Shown piece by piece: positions 1-8,994 of a stretch of 64,000 nt of DNA. Under the pieces are notes generated by a model that had not been told where the DNA came from, did not search any database, and saw nothing but the letters and a program-made list of their open reading frames with translations. Location of the stretch: NCBI GenBank assembly GCA_963798845.1, contig CAWCUS010000006.1, forward strand, positions 576,001 through 640,000. The letters run 5' to 3'. The translations under genes and the position numbers were made by a program. This DNA comes from an uncultured Gemmatimonadales bacterium (GTDB lineage: Bacteria; Gemmatimonadota; Gemmatimonadetes; Longimicrobiales; RSA9). How positions within the stretch are numbered: the stretch's first letter is position 1; each line of letters opens with the position of its first letter.

Positions 1-147
1 GGAGTCCTGCGCGAGCCGCTGCTCGTACAGGCGCGCCGCCGCGTCCACGTCGCCGCGCACCCACGCGGCGTCGGCGGGGTCCGCCGCCTGGGCGGCCAGC
101 GGCGGGGCCGCAGCCAGGAGACACAGGGCCAGGGCTATCTGCTTCAC
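1..147 (-). CDS. Partial (5' end) secreted protein, probable TPR-containing outer-membrane/export protein
   Basis: GTG at 147 with AGGAG RBS. Translates MKQIALALCLLAAAPPLAAQAADPADAAWVRGDVDAAARLYEQRLAQDS, a signal peptide followed by a TPR-like helix. Runs off the window edge and is not in the ORF track. Confidence 0.65.
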   Translation of the reverse strand, partial: MKQIALALCLLAAAPPLAAQAADPADAAWVRGDVDAAARLYEQRLAQDS

Positions 148-182
148 GCTTCCCGCTCCTCGACGGTGGTACCGACGCGTGC

Positions 183-1805
183 TCATGCCGACCTCCCGGC
201 CGTGACGAGCGGCTCCCCCGCGCGCTCTTCGCTCTCCTCGCGCTCCTGCCGTTCTCCGCGCTCCTGCCGTTCCTCGCGCACTCCTCCGGGTTCCTCGCTC
301 GCCTGGCGCACCCCTCCGCGTTCCTCGCGCACCGCTTCGCGTTCCTCGCGCACCGCTCCGCGTTCCTCGCGCACCGCTTCGCGTTCCTCGGGACGCTCGT
401 GGATGACGCCGTGGCGCTCCTTGCTGCCCCATTCCTGGCTGCCGAGGATCGCTGACACGACGCCGCGGAACCGCCACCAGGTCAGGAGCTGGCGGAAGCC
501 GAAGCTCTCGATCACGGACAGGGCCAGCATGCGGGAGAAGTCCGACGGGTGCTGGTAGCGGCGGAACACCAGCTCCTCCAGGGCGACCGCCGCCACGGAG
601 AGCAGGACGCCGAACACCACCGCCACGATCAGGAACGCGGCCACGTACGTGGGGGAGGCCCAGCCGATGATGATGGCCGTGAGGAACGCGACGTAGCCCA
701 CGATCTCCACCACCGGGCCGAAGCCTTCCATGAACCAGAAGTAGGGGAACGCGAGCATGCCGATCCGTCCGTACTTCGGCCGGAACAGCATCGTGCGGTG
801 CTTCGACAGGCTCTGGATCAGCCCCCGCTGCCAGCGGTCGCGCTGCCGGCCCAGGTCGCCCAGCCGCTCCGGCACCTCCGTCCAGGCCACGGGGTCGGGG
901 ACGAACGCCACCTCGTACGGCTCGCCCGCTTCGCGGAAGCGCCGGTGCAGCCGGAGGGTGAGCTCCATGTCCTCGCCCACCGTGTCGCTGGCGTAGCCGC
1001 CCGCCTCGACCACCGCGGAGCGCCGGAACATGCCGAACGCGCCGGAAACGATGAGCATGACGTTCAGGCTGGACCAGCCCATGCGCCCGGCGAGGAACGC
1101 GCGCAGGTACTCGACCACCTGGAGCTGCGGCAGGAGGCGGCGGGGAAGCCGGATGTCCACCACCTGGCCGTTCTCGAAGCGCGAGCCGTTGGCCACGCGC
1201 ACGATGCCGCCGGCCGCGATCGTGTGGGCGTTTTCCAGGAACGGCCGGATCAGGCGGAGGAGCGCGTCGCGCTCGAGGGCGCTGTCCGCGTCGAGCGAGC
1301 AGAAGAAGGGGGCCTGGCAGTGGTCCAGCGCCACGTTGAGGGCGTCGGCCTTGCCGCCGTTCTCCTTGTCGATGACCCAGAGGAAGGGGTGGGCGCGGCT
1401 GCGGTACAGCCCGCGGACCTCGCCCCGGCCCAGTTCGGCTGTGCGCGCGCGCGTGGACGGCCGCAGGTCGAACGCGCGCTTCAGGATGTCGAGCGTGCGG
1501 TCGGTGGAGCCGTCGTTGATGACGATGACCTCGTACTCCGGGTAGTGCAGGTCGAGGAGCGAGCGCACCGAGTCCTCGATCCCCACAGCCTCGTTGTACG
1601 CCGGCACCATGAGCGCCACGGGCGGCGTGCCGCCCCCGCGCATGATCTCCTCGGTGTCCAGCGAGTTGAGGCGCCGGGCGTAGCGGCGGAGGGCCCGGAA
1701 GGAGGTGACGCTGGTGACCAGGTAGTAGCCGTTCAGGATCAGGAAATACCCGAAGACGACGACGTTCAGGAGGATCAGCGTCAGGAGCAGGATCTGGGAG
1801 AGCAT
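183..1805 (-). CDS. Processive glycosyltransferase family 2 (CesA/PgaC-like), membrane-bound
   Basis: PAYNE, NDGSTD, KENGGKADALN, DADS, GED and QRDRW (D,D,D,QxxRW) motifs, with N- and C-terminal TM helices and a low-complexity EER tail. Confidence 0.92.
   Translation of the reverse strand: MLSQILLLTLILLNVVVFGYFLILNGYYLVTSVTSFRALRRYARRLNSLDTEEIMRGGGTPPVALMVPAYNEAVGIEDSVRSLLDLHYPEYEVIVINDGSTDRTLDILKRAFDLRPSTRARTAELGRGEVRGLYRSRAHPFLWVIDKENGGKADALNVALDHCQAPFFCSLDADSALERDALLRLIRPFLENAHTIAAGGIVRVANGSRFENGQVVDIRLPRRLLPQLQVVEYLRAFLAGRMGWSSLNVMLIVSGAFGMFRRSAVVEAGGYASDTVGEDMELTLRLHRRFREAGEPYEVAFVPDPVAWTEVPERLGDLGRQRDRWQRGLIQSLSKHRTMLFRPKYGRIGMLAFPYFWFMEGFGPVVEIVGYVAFLTAIIIGWASPTYVAAFLIVAVVFGVLLSVAAVALEELVFRRYQHPSDFSRMLALSVIESFGFRQLLTWWRFRGVVSAILGSQEWGSKERHGVIHERPEEREAVREERGAVREEREAVREERGGVRQASEEPGGVREERQERGERQEREESEERAGEPLVTAGRSA
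232..390. repeat. In-frame 21-nt tandem repeat encoding the (EEREAVR)n tail of the GT2
   Basis: CGCGTTCCTCGCGCACCGCT(T/C) at 317-337, 338-358 and 359-379, plus partial and degenerate copies. Confidence 0.85.
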
Positions 1806-1806
1806 G

Positions 1807-2964
1807 TCAGGCCTCCTCGCGCAGGACCTGGAGGGCGAGGCCGGCGGGCGCCAGCGCGTCGGCCGAGTCCAGCACGCGCTCCAGGACGGCCGAGCGGCCC
1901 CGGGACTTCAGCCCGCGTGCCGCGTGCAGCGCGACCCACGGGGAGGGATCCCGCAGCGCCTTCTCCAGCGCTTCCATGTCCGCCTCCTGTCCGAGCCTGG
2001 CCAGCGTCCCGATCGCCTGCGCCCGGACCACCGGGTCCCGGTGCGTGCAGAGCGGCCTCACCGCCTCCGCGTGCTCGGGTCCGCCGCACCGCCTGAGCAG
2101 GCGGAGCGCGGCGGCGCGCAGGTCCACGTCCTCTTCCGTCCAGAGCGTCAGCTCCGCGGTCTCGCACGCGCCCCGGTCCTCCAGCTCGGCCAGCGCGTCC
2201 AGGCACACGGAGCGGACGTTGGCCGCGACGGTCCGGTCCCGGACCAGGTCCCGCAGGGCCGGGATCGCGCTCGGGCCGAGCTGCACCAGCGTCGCCCGCA
2301 GGAAGCGGCGGTTCCAGTCGCCGAACCGGCCGATCCGGCTCACGATCTCGCGCACGCTGTTCGCCCCGGCCGACCGGGCCAGGCCGCGGGCCGCGCTCAT
2401 CGCGACGAGCGGCGATGGATCGTCCAGCGCCGCCACCAGCAGCTGCTCGTGCGCCTTTCCGCCCAGCTCCGCCAGCGTCTTCACGCCCCTCGCCCTGCGC
2501 TCGGGGTCGCCGCCGCGGGTCCGCGAGGCGATCAGGGGCAGGTACGGCGTGGCCAGACGCGAGAGCACGCTGCGCTTCGCCGGGTCGTCCGTTCGCAGCG
2601 CTTCCTTGTAGAGGAAATCGACGAAGAGGAGCTCTTCACCGGGCGCGATGGACGCTTTCACGGCCCCGCTGTCCGCGGAGCCGTCATAGACGGAGTCGAG
2701 CAGGAATCCCCACGTCTGCTCCAGCTTCTTCCAGCGCTCGGCCTTCCGTCCGTTGCGCCGCCGCAGGAGCAGCGCCGCGACGAGGAACGCCACCAGCGTG
2801 AGGAGCAGGAGGACGATGGTGATCTCCATCGCCAGCATCGGCCAGGAGGGCTGCAACGTCCTCCAGACCGGGGTCCCCCCCTGGATGGCGGCCATACCGA
2901 CGACCGCCCTGCCCGCCGGGAGCGGGGCCGTTTCGCTTCTTCGCGTTGTATGCGGCACGTTCAT
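1807..2964 (-). CDS. HEAT-repeat protein with N-terminal membrane anchor (start uncertain)
   Basis: TM segment ITIVLLLLTLVAFLVAALLL followed by HEAT/PBS-lyase-like repeats (LDDPSPLVAMSAARGL, DPVVRAQAIGTL, LRDPSPWVALHAARGL). Abuts the GT2 start. Confidence 0.85.
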   Translation of the reverse strand: MNVPHTTRRSETAPLPAGRAVVGMAAIQGGTPVWRTLQPSWPMLAMEITIVLLLLTLVAFLVAALLLRRRNGRKAERWKKLEQTWGFLLDSVYDGSADSGAVKASIAPGEELLFVDFLYKEALRTDDPAKRSVLSRLATPYLPLIASRTRGGDPERRARGVKTLAELGGKAHEQLLVAALDDPSPLVAMSAARGLARSAGANSVREIVSRIGRFGDWNRRFLRATLVQLGPSAIPALRDLVRDRTVAANVRSVCLDALAELEDRGACETAELTLWTEEDVDLRAAALRLLRRCGGPEHAEAVRPLCTHRDPVVRAQAIGTLARLGQEADMEALEKALRDPSPWVALHAARGLKSRGRSAVLERVLDSADALAPAGLALQVLREEA

Positions 2965-3322
2965 CCTGTTCCGAGACTTTCGTCAGATCCGCGCGACGTC
3001 CGGAGAGACCGGACCGGGCGGTCGACCCGCGCGAGCGCGGCGCGGGCGCCTGGCCGGCGGGTGGGGGAGAGCCGACCGGGCGTCACGCGGGCAACGGGGC
3101 AACCCACGTGCCTCCCATGGTCCCGGATTTCGAAGTGCATCCGGCACTTTGACTTCGGGGGATTTCCGGAGACGCGTTCGCGGGCCCCGGAGGCGAAATT
3201 TGTAGCGGAGTGGCACAGCTCCGGGTCCGGTCCGGCACAGCGCCGGGTCCCGGTCCGGCACAGTGCAGCCTCGCGCGATCCTGGAGCGGCTGGCGGGCGC
3301 CCGAGCGCGCCCGGCGCCGGAG

Positions 3323-5833
3323 TCAGAGCCGGAGCAGGTAGCTGACCTTGAGGAACAGCCCTTCGGTGGCGGGCTCGAGAGCGCCGGGTCGATACGTGTT
3401 CGGCCCGACGCGGCTGCGGCTCCAGCCGGCGTAGACCACGGTGCCGGGCGAGGGCTCGTAGCCGAGGAGGAGGTCGTACTGGAGCTCGCCCCGGTCCTCG
3501 GGGGTGCTCACCTCGCGCCCGACCCGGAGCGCCAGGCCGTCCGACCAGCGCAGCGCGTCGCGCTCCTCGAGGTTGTACTGGACGATGGCGCGCGTGAAGA
3601 GCGCGCGCGTCAGCTGGTAGCGGAGCTTGGCGCGCGGGATCTGGGCGACGCTGAACAGCCCGCCGGCGGCGCGGTGGATGCGGGCGTAGGTGAAGGAGAG
3701 GTCGGCGGTGAGGCCGCTGCGGAAGCTCAGCTGCGCGCTGGGCTCGAAGCCCAGCTCCACGCCCCGCGACGCCTCGGCGTAGATGGGGACGTCGCCGTAC
3801 GAGACGTCGAAATGGAGCGCCAGCCACGGCGCGGGCTGGGAGCGCCCGAACGCGTGGACGCGCAGCAGGGTCAGCGGAGCGCCGATCTCCATGGGGACGT
3901 AGCCGCCGTCCCCCACGGGACGCTCGTAGCCGGCGTAGTCCGCGGGGTCGAAGGAGAAATAGCCGTAGGAGACCGTGCCCTGGCCGCCGTTGGCGCCGCG
4001 CAGGCTGATGTCCAGCCCCGCTTCCACGCTCGCCTCGTCGTAGCGCCGCCCCGCCCACAGGTCCTGGTGGTCGAAATAGGCGTCCGCCTCGAGCTGCGGG
4101 CTCCAGTCCTCCAGGAACGCGCCCGCCTCGTTGTGGAACGTGTACTGCGCCTCCGCCGCCAGGTGCGCGTCGCCGACCCTGGGGATGAACCCGCTGCGCG
4201 CCCGGAACTCCGGGTCCACGTCGTCCACCGACGCGTTCCACGAAAGGCCCCGGCCGCTGCGCGCGAGCTGCGCGTACAGGAGCGGCCCGAACAGGTCGCG
4301 GGCGCTGCCGTCGTCGCTCCGCTCGCGCGACCAGGCGCCCGCAAGCTGCCCGGTGAGCGTGTAGCGCCCGGCCAGGATCAGGCGCGTGTCGACCGACGCG
4401 ACGCGGTTGTACTCCTGCCCGCCGAGCATCGTGCGGTCGGTGTAGAGCGCGCCCACGTTGGACCCGGAGCCCACGTCGCGCTGCACGCGCACCAGGTTGA
4501 AGAGGGCGTCGTCGGACCCGCCGCCGAACGTCACCGGGCTCCGGTCCACGGCCCCCAGGTAGCCCACCTTGAAAGCGCCCGTCTTGCCGGTCAGCTTCGC
4601 GCCCCCGATCGGGTCCACGATGGCGCGCGTGTACACCAGCTGCCGCGGCGTCGTGAAGACTTCCGTCCCGTCCAGGAAGAACGGGCGCTTCTCGGGGAAG
4701 TACAGCGCGAAACGCTCGTTCACCGCCACCTGGTCCGCGTCCGCCTCCACCTGCGAGAAGTCGGGGTTGACCGTGGCGTCGAGGACCAGGTTGCTCGCCA
4801 GCCCCAGGCGCGCGTTCACTCCCAGCTCCGGCGAGAACGGCTCCCGCTCGAACGCGCCGCTCTCCACCCGCTCCCCGGTCCGCTTCCCCGTGGCCACCGG
4901 GTTCACTTCCATCAGCCGACGCGGGTGCAGCCCCGTCAGCCCGACCAGCGCGCCGTTCAGCTCCAGCTGGTTCGCCGCGTTCTGCGTGAGCGGGGCCCAG
5001 GACGACTCGTACTCCGTCCGGCGGATGTAGCGCGCCACGTTGATCCCCCAGCTCTGCTCCGGGAGATCGCGGAAGCGGAGCCCCACGTACGGGATCCGGA
5101 CCTCCGCCACCCAGCCGTCCTCCGTCACGTGACCGCTCGACTCCCACAGGAAGTCGGGGTTGAAGTCGATCGGCGGCCCGAAGTGCTGCTCCGCACCCTC
5201 CACCCACAGCCCGTCCGCCTGGATCCCGAGCGGGTTCACGTAGAAGACGTACGCCTGCGTGGCGTCGTGGAACGTGTCCAGGATGATCCGGACCCAGTCG
5301 TCCGACTCCACCCCGCCGTCCCGGTCGGTCAGCGACGCCCGCACCGCCGACGGCGTCGCGTCCCGGGCGTGGATGCCGAAGTAGATCGCCTCCGACGTGT
5401 ACAGCACCCGCACTTCCGTCGGCTGCGTCGCCGGGATCCCCTCCACCGGCTGGTACTGCGTGAACCCCGAGAGGCGCGCCGCTTCCTTCCACGCCGGCTC
5501 GTCCAGCCGACCATCCACCCGGATCCCCGCCTCCGCCAGGCGAGGCGCCCGCACCCGCAGCGCGCCCTGGTCTCCCCGGTACTCCAGCGAGTCCGGCGGC
5601 ACCTGCGGCGCCGTCGCCACGCCCGAACCGTCCTCCTGCCCCCGCGCCGCGACCGCGTCGGCCTCCGCGAGGGCTCGGTCGGCCTCCGCGAGGGCTCCGT
5701 CGGCTTCCGCGAGAGCTCCGCCGCGCTCCGCGAGGGCTCGGTCGGCCTCCGCGAGGGCTCGGTCGCCCCCCGCGAGGGCTCCGCCGCCCGCCGTCGGAAC
5801 CGATATCGCCAGCGCCATCAGCAGCTGCAACAT
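3323..5833 (-). CDS. DUF5916/CBM9-like domain outer-membrane protein
   Basis: Signal peptide, IRVDGRLDEPAW CBM9-like start, DATVNPDFSQVEAD and FPEKRPFFL motifs, and a beta-barrel-type C-terminus FLKVSYLLRL. Confidence 0.85.
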   Translation of the reverse strand: MLQLLMALAISVPTAGGGALAGGDRALAEADRALAERGGALAEADGALAEADRALAEADAVAARGQEDGSGVATAPQVPPDSLEYRGDQGALRVRAPRLAEAGIRVDGRLDEPAWKEAARLSGFTQYQPVEGIPATQPTEVRVLYTSEAIYFGIHARDATPSAVRASLTDRDGGVESDDWVRIILDTFHDATQAYVFYVNPLGIQADGLWVEGAEQHFGPPIDFNPDFLWESSGHVTEDGWVAEVRIPYVGLRFRDLPEQSWGINVARYIRRTEYESSWAPLTQNAANQLELNGALVGLTGLHPRRLMEVNPVATGKRTGERVESGAFEREPFSPELGVNARLGLASNLVLDATVNPDFSQVEADADQVAVNERFALYFPEKRPFFLDGTEVFTTPRQLVYTRAIVDPIGGAKLTGKTGAFKVGYLGAVDRSPVTFGGGSDDALFNLVRVQRDVGSGSNVGALYTDRTMLGGQEYNRVASVDTRLILAGRYTLTGQLAGAWSRERSDDGSARDLFGPLLYAQLARSGRGLSWNASVDDVDPEFRARSGFIPRVGDAHLAAEAQYTFHNEAGAFLEDWSPQLEADAYFDHQDLWAGRRYDEASVEAGLDISLRGANGGQGTVSYGYFSFDPADYAGYERPVGDGGYVPMEIGAPLTLLRVHAFGRSQPAPWLALHFDVSYGDVPIYAEASRGVELGFEPSAQLSFRSGLTADLSFTYARIHRAAGGLFSVAQIPRAKLRYQLTRALFTRAIVQYNLEERDALRWSDGLALRVGREVSTPEDRGELQYDLLLGYEPSPGTVVYAGWSRSRVGPNTYRPGALEPATEGLFLKVSYLLRL
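5657..5781. repeat. In-frame 21-nt tandem repeat (ALAEADR)n just after the signal peptide
   Basis: About 6 imperfect copies of GTCGGCCTCCGCGAGGGCTCG. Confidence 0.85.
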
Positions 5834-5929
5834 GCCTGGAACTCCCCCTGTGGCCGTGTGCCGGGGCCCTATGTTACCCGACGCCGGAGCCCCGCGCTAC
5901 GCTGCCGTGGCCACCCGCGTCGCCGGCCC

Positions 5930-5958
5930 TTGACCCTGTGACAGGCAGGGCCTAGCTT
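5930..5958 (+). promoter_or_regulatory. Sigma70-type promoter of the ferritin gene
   Basis: TTGACC(5930-5935)-N17-TAGCTT(5953-5958). Confidence 0.65.
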
Positions 5959-5961
5959 ATC

Positions 5962-5980
5962 GATAACGATTCTTACTAAG
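5962..5980 (+). promoter_or_regulatory. Fur/PerR-family box-like operator
   Basis: GATAACGATTCTTACTAAG matches 12/19 positions of the E. coli Fur consensus. It is an AT-rich island directly upstream of the ferritin gene. Confidence 0.55.
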
Positions 5981-5994
5981 AAACCGGAGCGAGC

Positions 5995-6489
5995 ATGGAC
6001 AGCAAGGTGAAGCAGCTCATCAACGACCAGGTGGCCCACGAGTTCTACGCCGCCTACCTGTACCTCTCGATGGCCGCGCATTTCGAGGCGCAGAACTACG
6101 AGGGGTTCGCGAGCTGGATGCGGCTGCAGGCGAAGGAGGAGACGGGGCACGCGATGCGCCTGTTCGACTTCCTGGTGGAGCGCGGGGAGGCGGTGTCGCT
6201 GAAGCAGATCGACGAGCCGCCGCGGGATTTCGGGACGCCGCACGAGGCGTTCGAGGCGGCGCTGGAGCACGAGCGGAAGGTGACGGCGCTGATCGGCAAG
6301 ATCTACGAGGCGGCGCAGTCGGCCAGCGACTATCCGACCCAGGTGATGCTCCAGTGGTTCATCAAGGAGCAGGTGGAGGAGGAGAACAGCACGGGCCGTG
6401 CGGTGGACCAGCTGGCGATGGCGGAGGGGAACAAGGCGGCGCTGCTGATGCTGGATTCGAAGTTCGGCAGCCGGACCGCGGCGGGGTGA
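5995..6489 (+). CDS. ftnA: Non-heme ferritin
   Basis: HEFYAAYLYLSM, EETGHAM, EHERKVT and WFIKEQVEEE ferroxidase-centre motifs. Confidence 0.95.
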   Translation: MDSKVKQLINDQVAHEFYAAYLYLSMAAHFEAQNYEGFASWMRLQAKEETGHAMRLFDFLVERGEAVSLKQIDEPPRDFGTPHEAFEAALEHERKVTALIGKIYEAAQSASDYPTQVMLQWFIKEQVEEENSTGRAVDQLAMAEGNKAALLMLDSKFGSRTAAG

Positions 6490-6514
6490 GCGGACGAGAG
6501 GCGGGGCTGCCGGC

Positions 6515-7465
6515 GTGACCGGCGTGACCGGGGTGGCCGGGGTGACCGGGGTGCCCGGGGTGCCCGGCGGCGGGATGGGCAGCGAGGCGCCAGGTGGTGG
6601 CGGGGCCGGGGACGGGGTCGGGGGCGGGGGCGGCGGTGGGGGCGGCGGCGAGGCCGGGTCGCAGGGCCGGCAGGGATGGATCCGGGTGCCGCGCACGGCA
6701 AGGTACCGCGTGCTGGGTGACCCGGAGCGCGCGGCCGAGGTCTGGTTCGTCCTGCACGGGTACGGTCAGCTGGCCGAGCGGTTCGTCGCCCGCTTCCAGG
6801 CGCTGCCCGGTCTGGCGGAAGGGACGCGGGCGGTGGTGGCGCCCGAAGCGCTCTCCCGGTTCTACCTGGATGTCGGTGGGGGCGAGCACGGTGCCGACTC
6901 CCCGGTCGGCGCGACGTGGATGACGCGCGAGGACCGGGAGCACGAGATCCGTGACTACGTGGAGTACCTCGACCGCCTCGCGGACGAGCTGCTCGGCGGC
7001 ACCGGCGTCCCACCGGCCGAGGCGCCCGGCGAGGCCTCGGGGAAGGCGCGGGGCGAGACCTCGGCGGAGGCGCCCGGCGAGGCGCGGGAGGAGGCCTCGG
7101 GCGAGGCGCGGGAGGAGGCCTCGGGCGAGGCGCGGGGCGAGCGGCCACCACGAGTGCGCGTTCTCGGCTTCTCCCAGGGCGCCGCGACCGCATCTCGCTG
7201 GGTCGTGTACGGCCGCCTCCGCCCCGCGGAGCTCATCCTCTGGGCCGGCGGGCTGGCCCACGACCTGGACGGGAGGGCGGCGTTCGAAGCCCTCCGACAC
7301 GTTGCCGTCCGCTTCGTCACCGGGAGCGAGGATGGATGGGCGGCCGAGCGCGCGCGCCGCGATCTGGCGTGGCTGGCCGAGCGGAACCTGGCCGGGAAGG
7401 AGGTCTCCTACCAGGGCGGCCACCGCGTCCTGCCGGGTGTGCTGGAGGCGCACTGGCCCGTGTAG
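6515..7465 (+). CDS. Alpha/beta-hydrolase (phospholipase/carboxylesterase family); start uncertain, possibly ATG 6575
   Basis: LHGYGQ oxyanion loop, GFSQG nucleophile, GSED and GGH catalytic residues. Carries a repeat-derived insertion before the nucleophile. Confidence 0.85.
   Translation: MTGVTGVAGVTGVPGVPGGGMGSEAPGGGGAGDGVGGGGGGGGGGEAGSQGRQGWIRVPRTARYRVLGDPERAAEVWFVLHGYGQLAERFVARFQALPGLAEGTRAVVAPEALSRFYLDVGGGEHGADSPVGATWMTREDREHEIRDYVEYLDRLADELLGGTGVPPAEAPGEASGKARGETSAEAPGEAREEASGEAREEASGEARGERPPRVRVLGFSQGAATASRWVVYGRLRPAELILWAGGLAHDLDGRAAFEALRHVAVRFVTGSEDGWAAERARRDLAWLAERNLAGKEVSYQGGHRVLPGVLEAHWPV
7016..7142. repeat. In-frame 12/24-nt repeat (EASGEARE)n inside the esterase
   Basis: Repeated GAGGCGCGGGAGGAGGCCTCGGGC variants. 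Confidence 0.8.
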
Positions 7466-7514
7466 CAGCCATCACGCACGGAGTGCGCGCGGCCCGGCGT
7501 GGCGACGGCCGGCC

Positions 7515-7790
7515 GGGAAGTGGGCGCTGCCCGGGGAGTGGGCGCCGCCCGGGGAGTGGGCGCTGCCCGGGGAGTGGGCGCTGCCCGGGGAGTGGGCGCC
7601 GCCCGGGGAGTGACGCCGTGCGGGAAGTGGGCGCCGCCCGGGGAGTGGGCTCCGCCCGGGAAGTGGGCGCCCGGGGAGTGGGCGCTGCCCGGGGAGTGGC
7701 GCCGTGCGGGGAGTGACCGCCGCCCGGCGGAAGTGCCGGCGGGGGGGAATTGGCGCTGCCCGGGGAGTGGGCGCCGCCCGGGAAGTGACC
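7515..7790. repeat. Intergenic 18-nt tandem array (about 15 units)
   Basis: Unit GGG(G/A)AGTGGGCGC(T/C)GCCC, containing a GGGC-NNN-GCCC mini-palindrome. No unique spacers. Confidence 0.9.
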
Positions 7791-7950
7791 ATCCGTGGTA
7801 CTGAGGAGAGCGATCGGTCGCGGAGCGGTTTGGTGGACCGCTAAGAGACCATCCGGCGCGGCGCGGCGGGAAGGGCTGGTCGATTTCCGGGGCTGGGGCC
7901 CGGGAATCGACCAACCGCCGTTGCGGAGGGAGACGATCGGTCAATGACCG

Positions 7951-8040
7951 GGGACCCGCGGCCGGCGCGGGTCCCCTTCGTTCGAGCTGCGCGGGACCCG
8001 CGGCCGCCGGGGGTCTCCTTCGTTCGAGCTGCGCGGGACC
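7951..8040. repeat. 42-nt tandem duplication containing a GC hairpin
   Basis: GGGACC starts at 7951, 7993 and 8035. The first copy holds GGGACCCGCG-GCCGG-CGCGGGTCCC. Confidence 0.75.
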
Positions 8041-8096
8041 GCCCGGGCGGCGGGAGGCCCGGCCCGGCCGCCGCGGCCCGGAGCCGCGCGGCGGCG

Positions 8097-8732
8097 CTAG
8101 CCGTTCCAGCTCCAGGTGCGGGTGATGCTGACCTCGCGGTTGCAGAAGGTGCCTTCGACGGTGCGGGTGGCGGTCTCCGGGTCGAAGGCGGCTTGGATGT
8201 CGATGATGCAGGTGCCCTCTCGGCCGTCGGCGGTGGCCCAGTGGAGCTGGCCGGCGAGGGAGAGGCTCTGGAGCCCGGAGCGCATGCGGCGCTGCCAGGC
8301 GTGATGGGCATCGAGCGTCACGTTCGGGTCGCCATCGAGGGTGATGGTGGTGCTGCCGAGCGGCCGGGCGCAGGCCTGGTGTGTCTTGACCAGCGACAGG
8401 TCGCTGGAGCCGGTGCCGACGGCCGGGTCCCACTCGCGGGTGTGCGTCCCCTCGACCACGATCTGGCCTCCGAGGGGGCAGGTCCAGGTGGCGGTGAACT
8501 CGAGCGTCCCGGTCATTGGGCTGGCGCTGGCGGAGGCGTCGGTGGCCGGAGCGAGGTCGGCCTGGGCGGCCTGGCTGGTGCCGTCGAAGTCCTGGCTGAC
8601 CATGGCGTCGGAGAGGTCGGCGACCTCGGTGGCGGTGAGGCTGCCGGCTTCGGGCGGGGTCGGGTCGTCGCAGGCGGCCAGGGCGCCAAGGGCGGACAGC
8701 GCGAGCAGGGGAAGGAGTCGTGTCGGGTTCAT
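8097..8732 (-). CDS. Hypothetical lipoprotein
   Basis: ATG 8732, MNPTRLLPLLALSALGALAAC lipobox. Beta-rich body with 4 Cys. This is the 3' part of the 824-aa track ORF. Confidence 0.8.
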   Translation of the reverse strand: MNPTRLLPLLALSALGALAACDDPTPPEAGSLTATEVADLSDAMVSQDFDGTSQAAQADLAPATDASASASPMTGTLEFTATWTCPLGGQIVVEGTHTREWDPAVGTGSSDLSLVKTHQACARPLGSTTITLDGDPNVTLDAHHAWQRRMRSGLQSLSLAGQLHWATADGREGTCIIDIQAAFDPETATRTVEGTFCNREVSITRTWSWNG

Positions 8733-8920
8733 GGTGCCCTCGGTGAACGGATCGGGGGTGCCGGGCGCGCCGGCGCTTCCTCGGGATGGACGACGCAGGG
8801 GCACGAAACGTAAATCCGCGCCCCGCCCGATGCCACCCCGCCCGGTCGCCCGCAGCCTGGGGGGCCGGCCACCACCCCGGCCGCCACGCCGCCCCGCCCG
8901 CGCGCTGCCACCCGCTCGGC

Positions 8921-8994
8921 CGCGCTGGCCGGCCGCTACGGCGCGCTGGCCGGCCGCTACGGCGCGCTGGCCGGCCGCTACGGCGCGCTGGCCG
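8921..8994. repeat. 21-nt tandem repeat x3.5 spanning the M28 stop codon
   Basis: CGCGCTGGCCGGCCGCTACGG at 8921, 8942 and 8963. The TAG stop (8978-8980) lies in the third copy. Confidence 0.9.
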
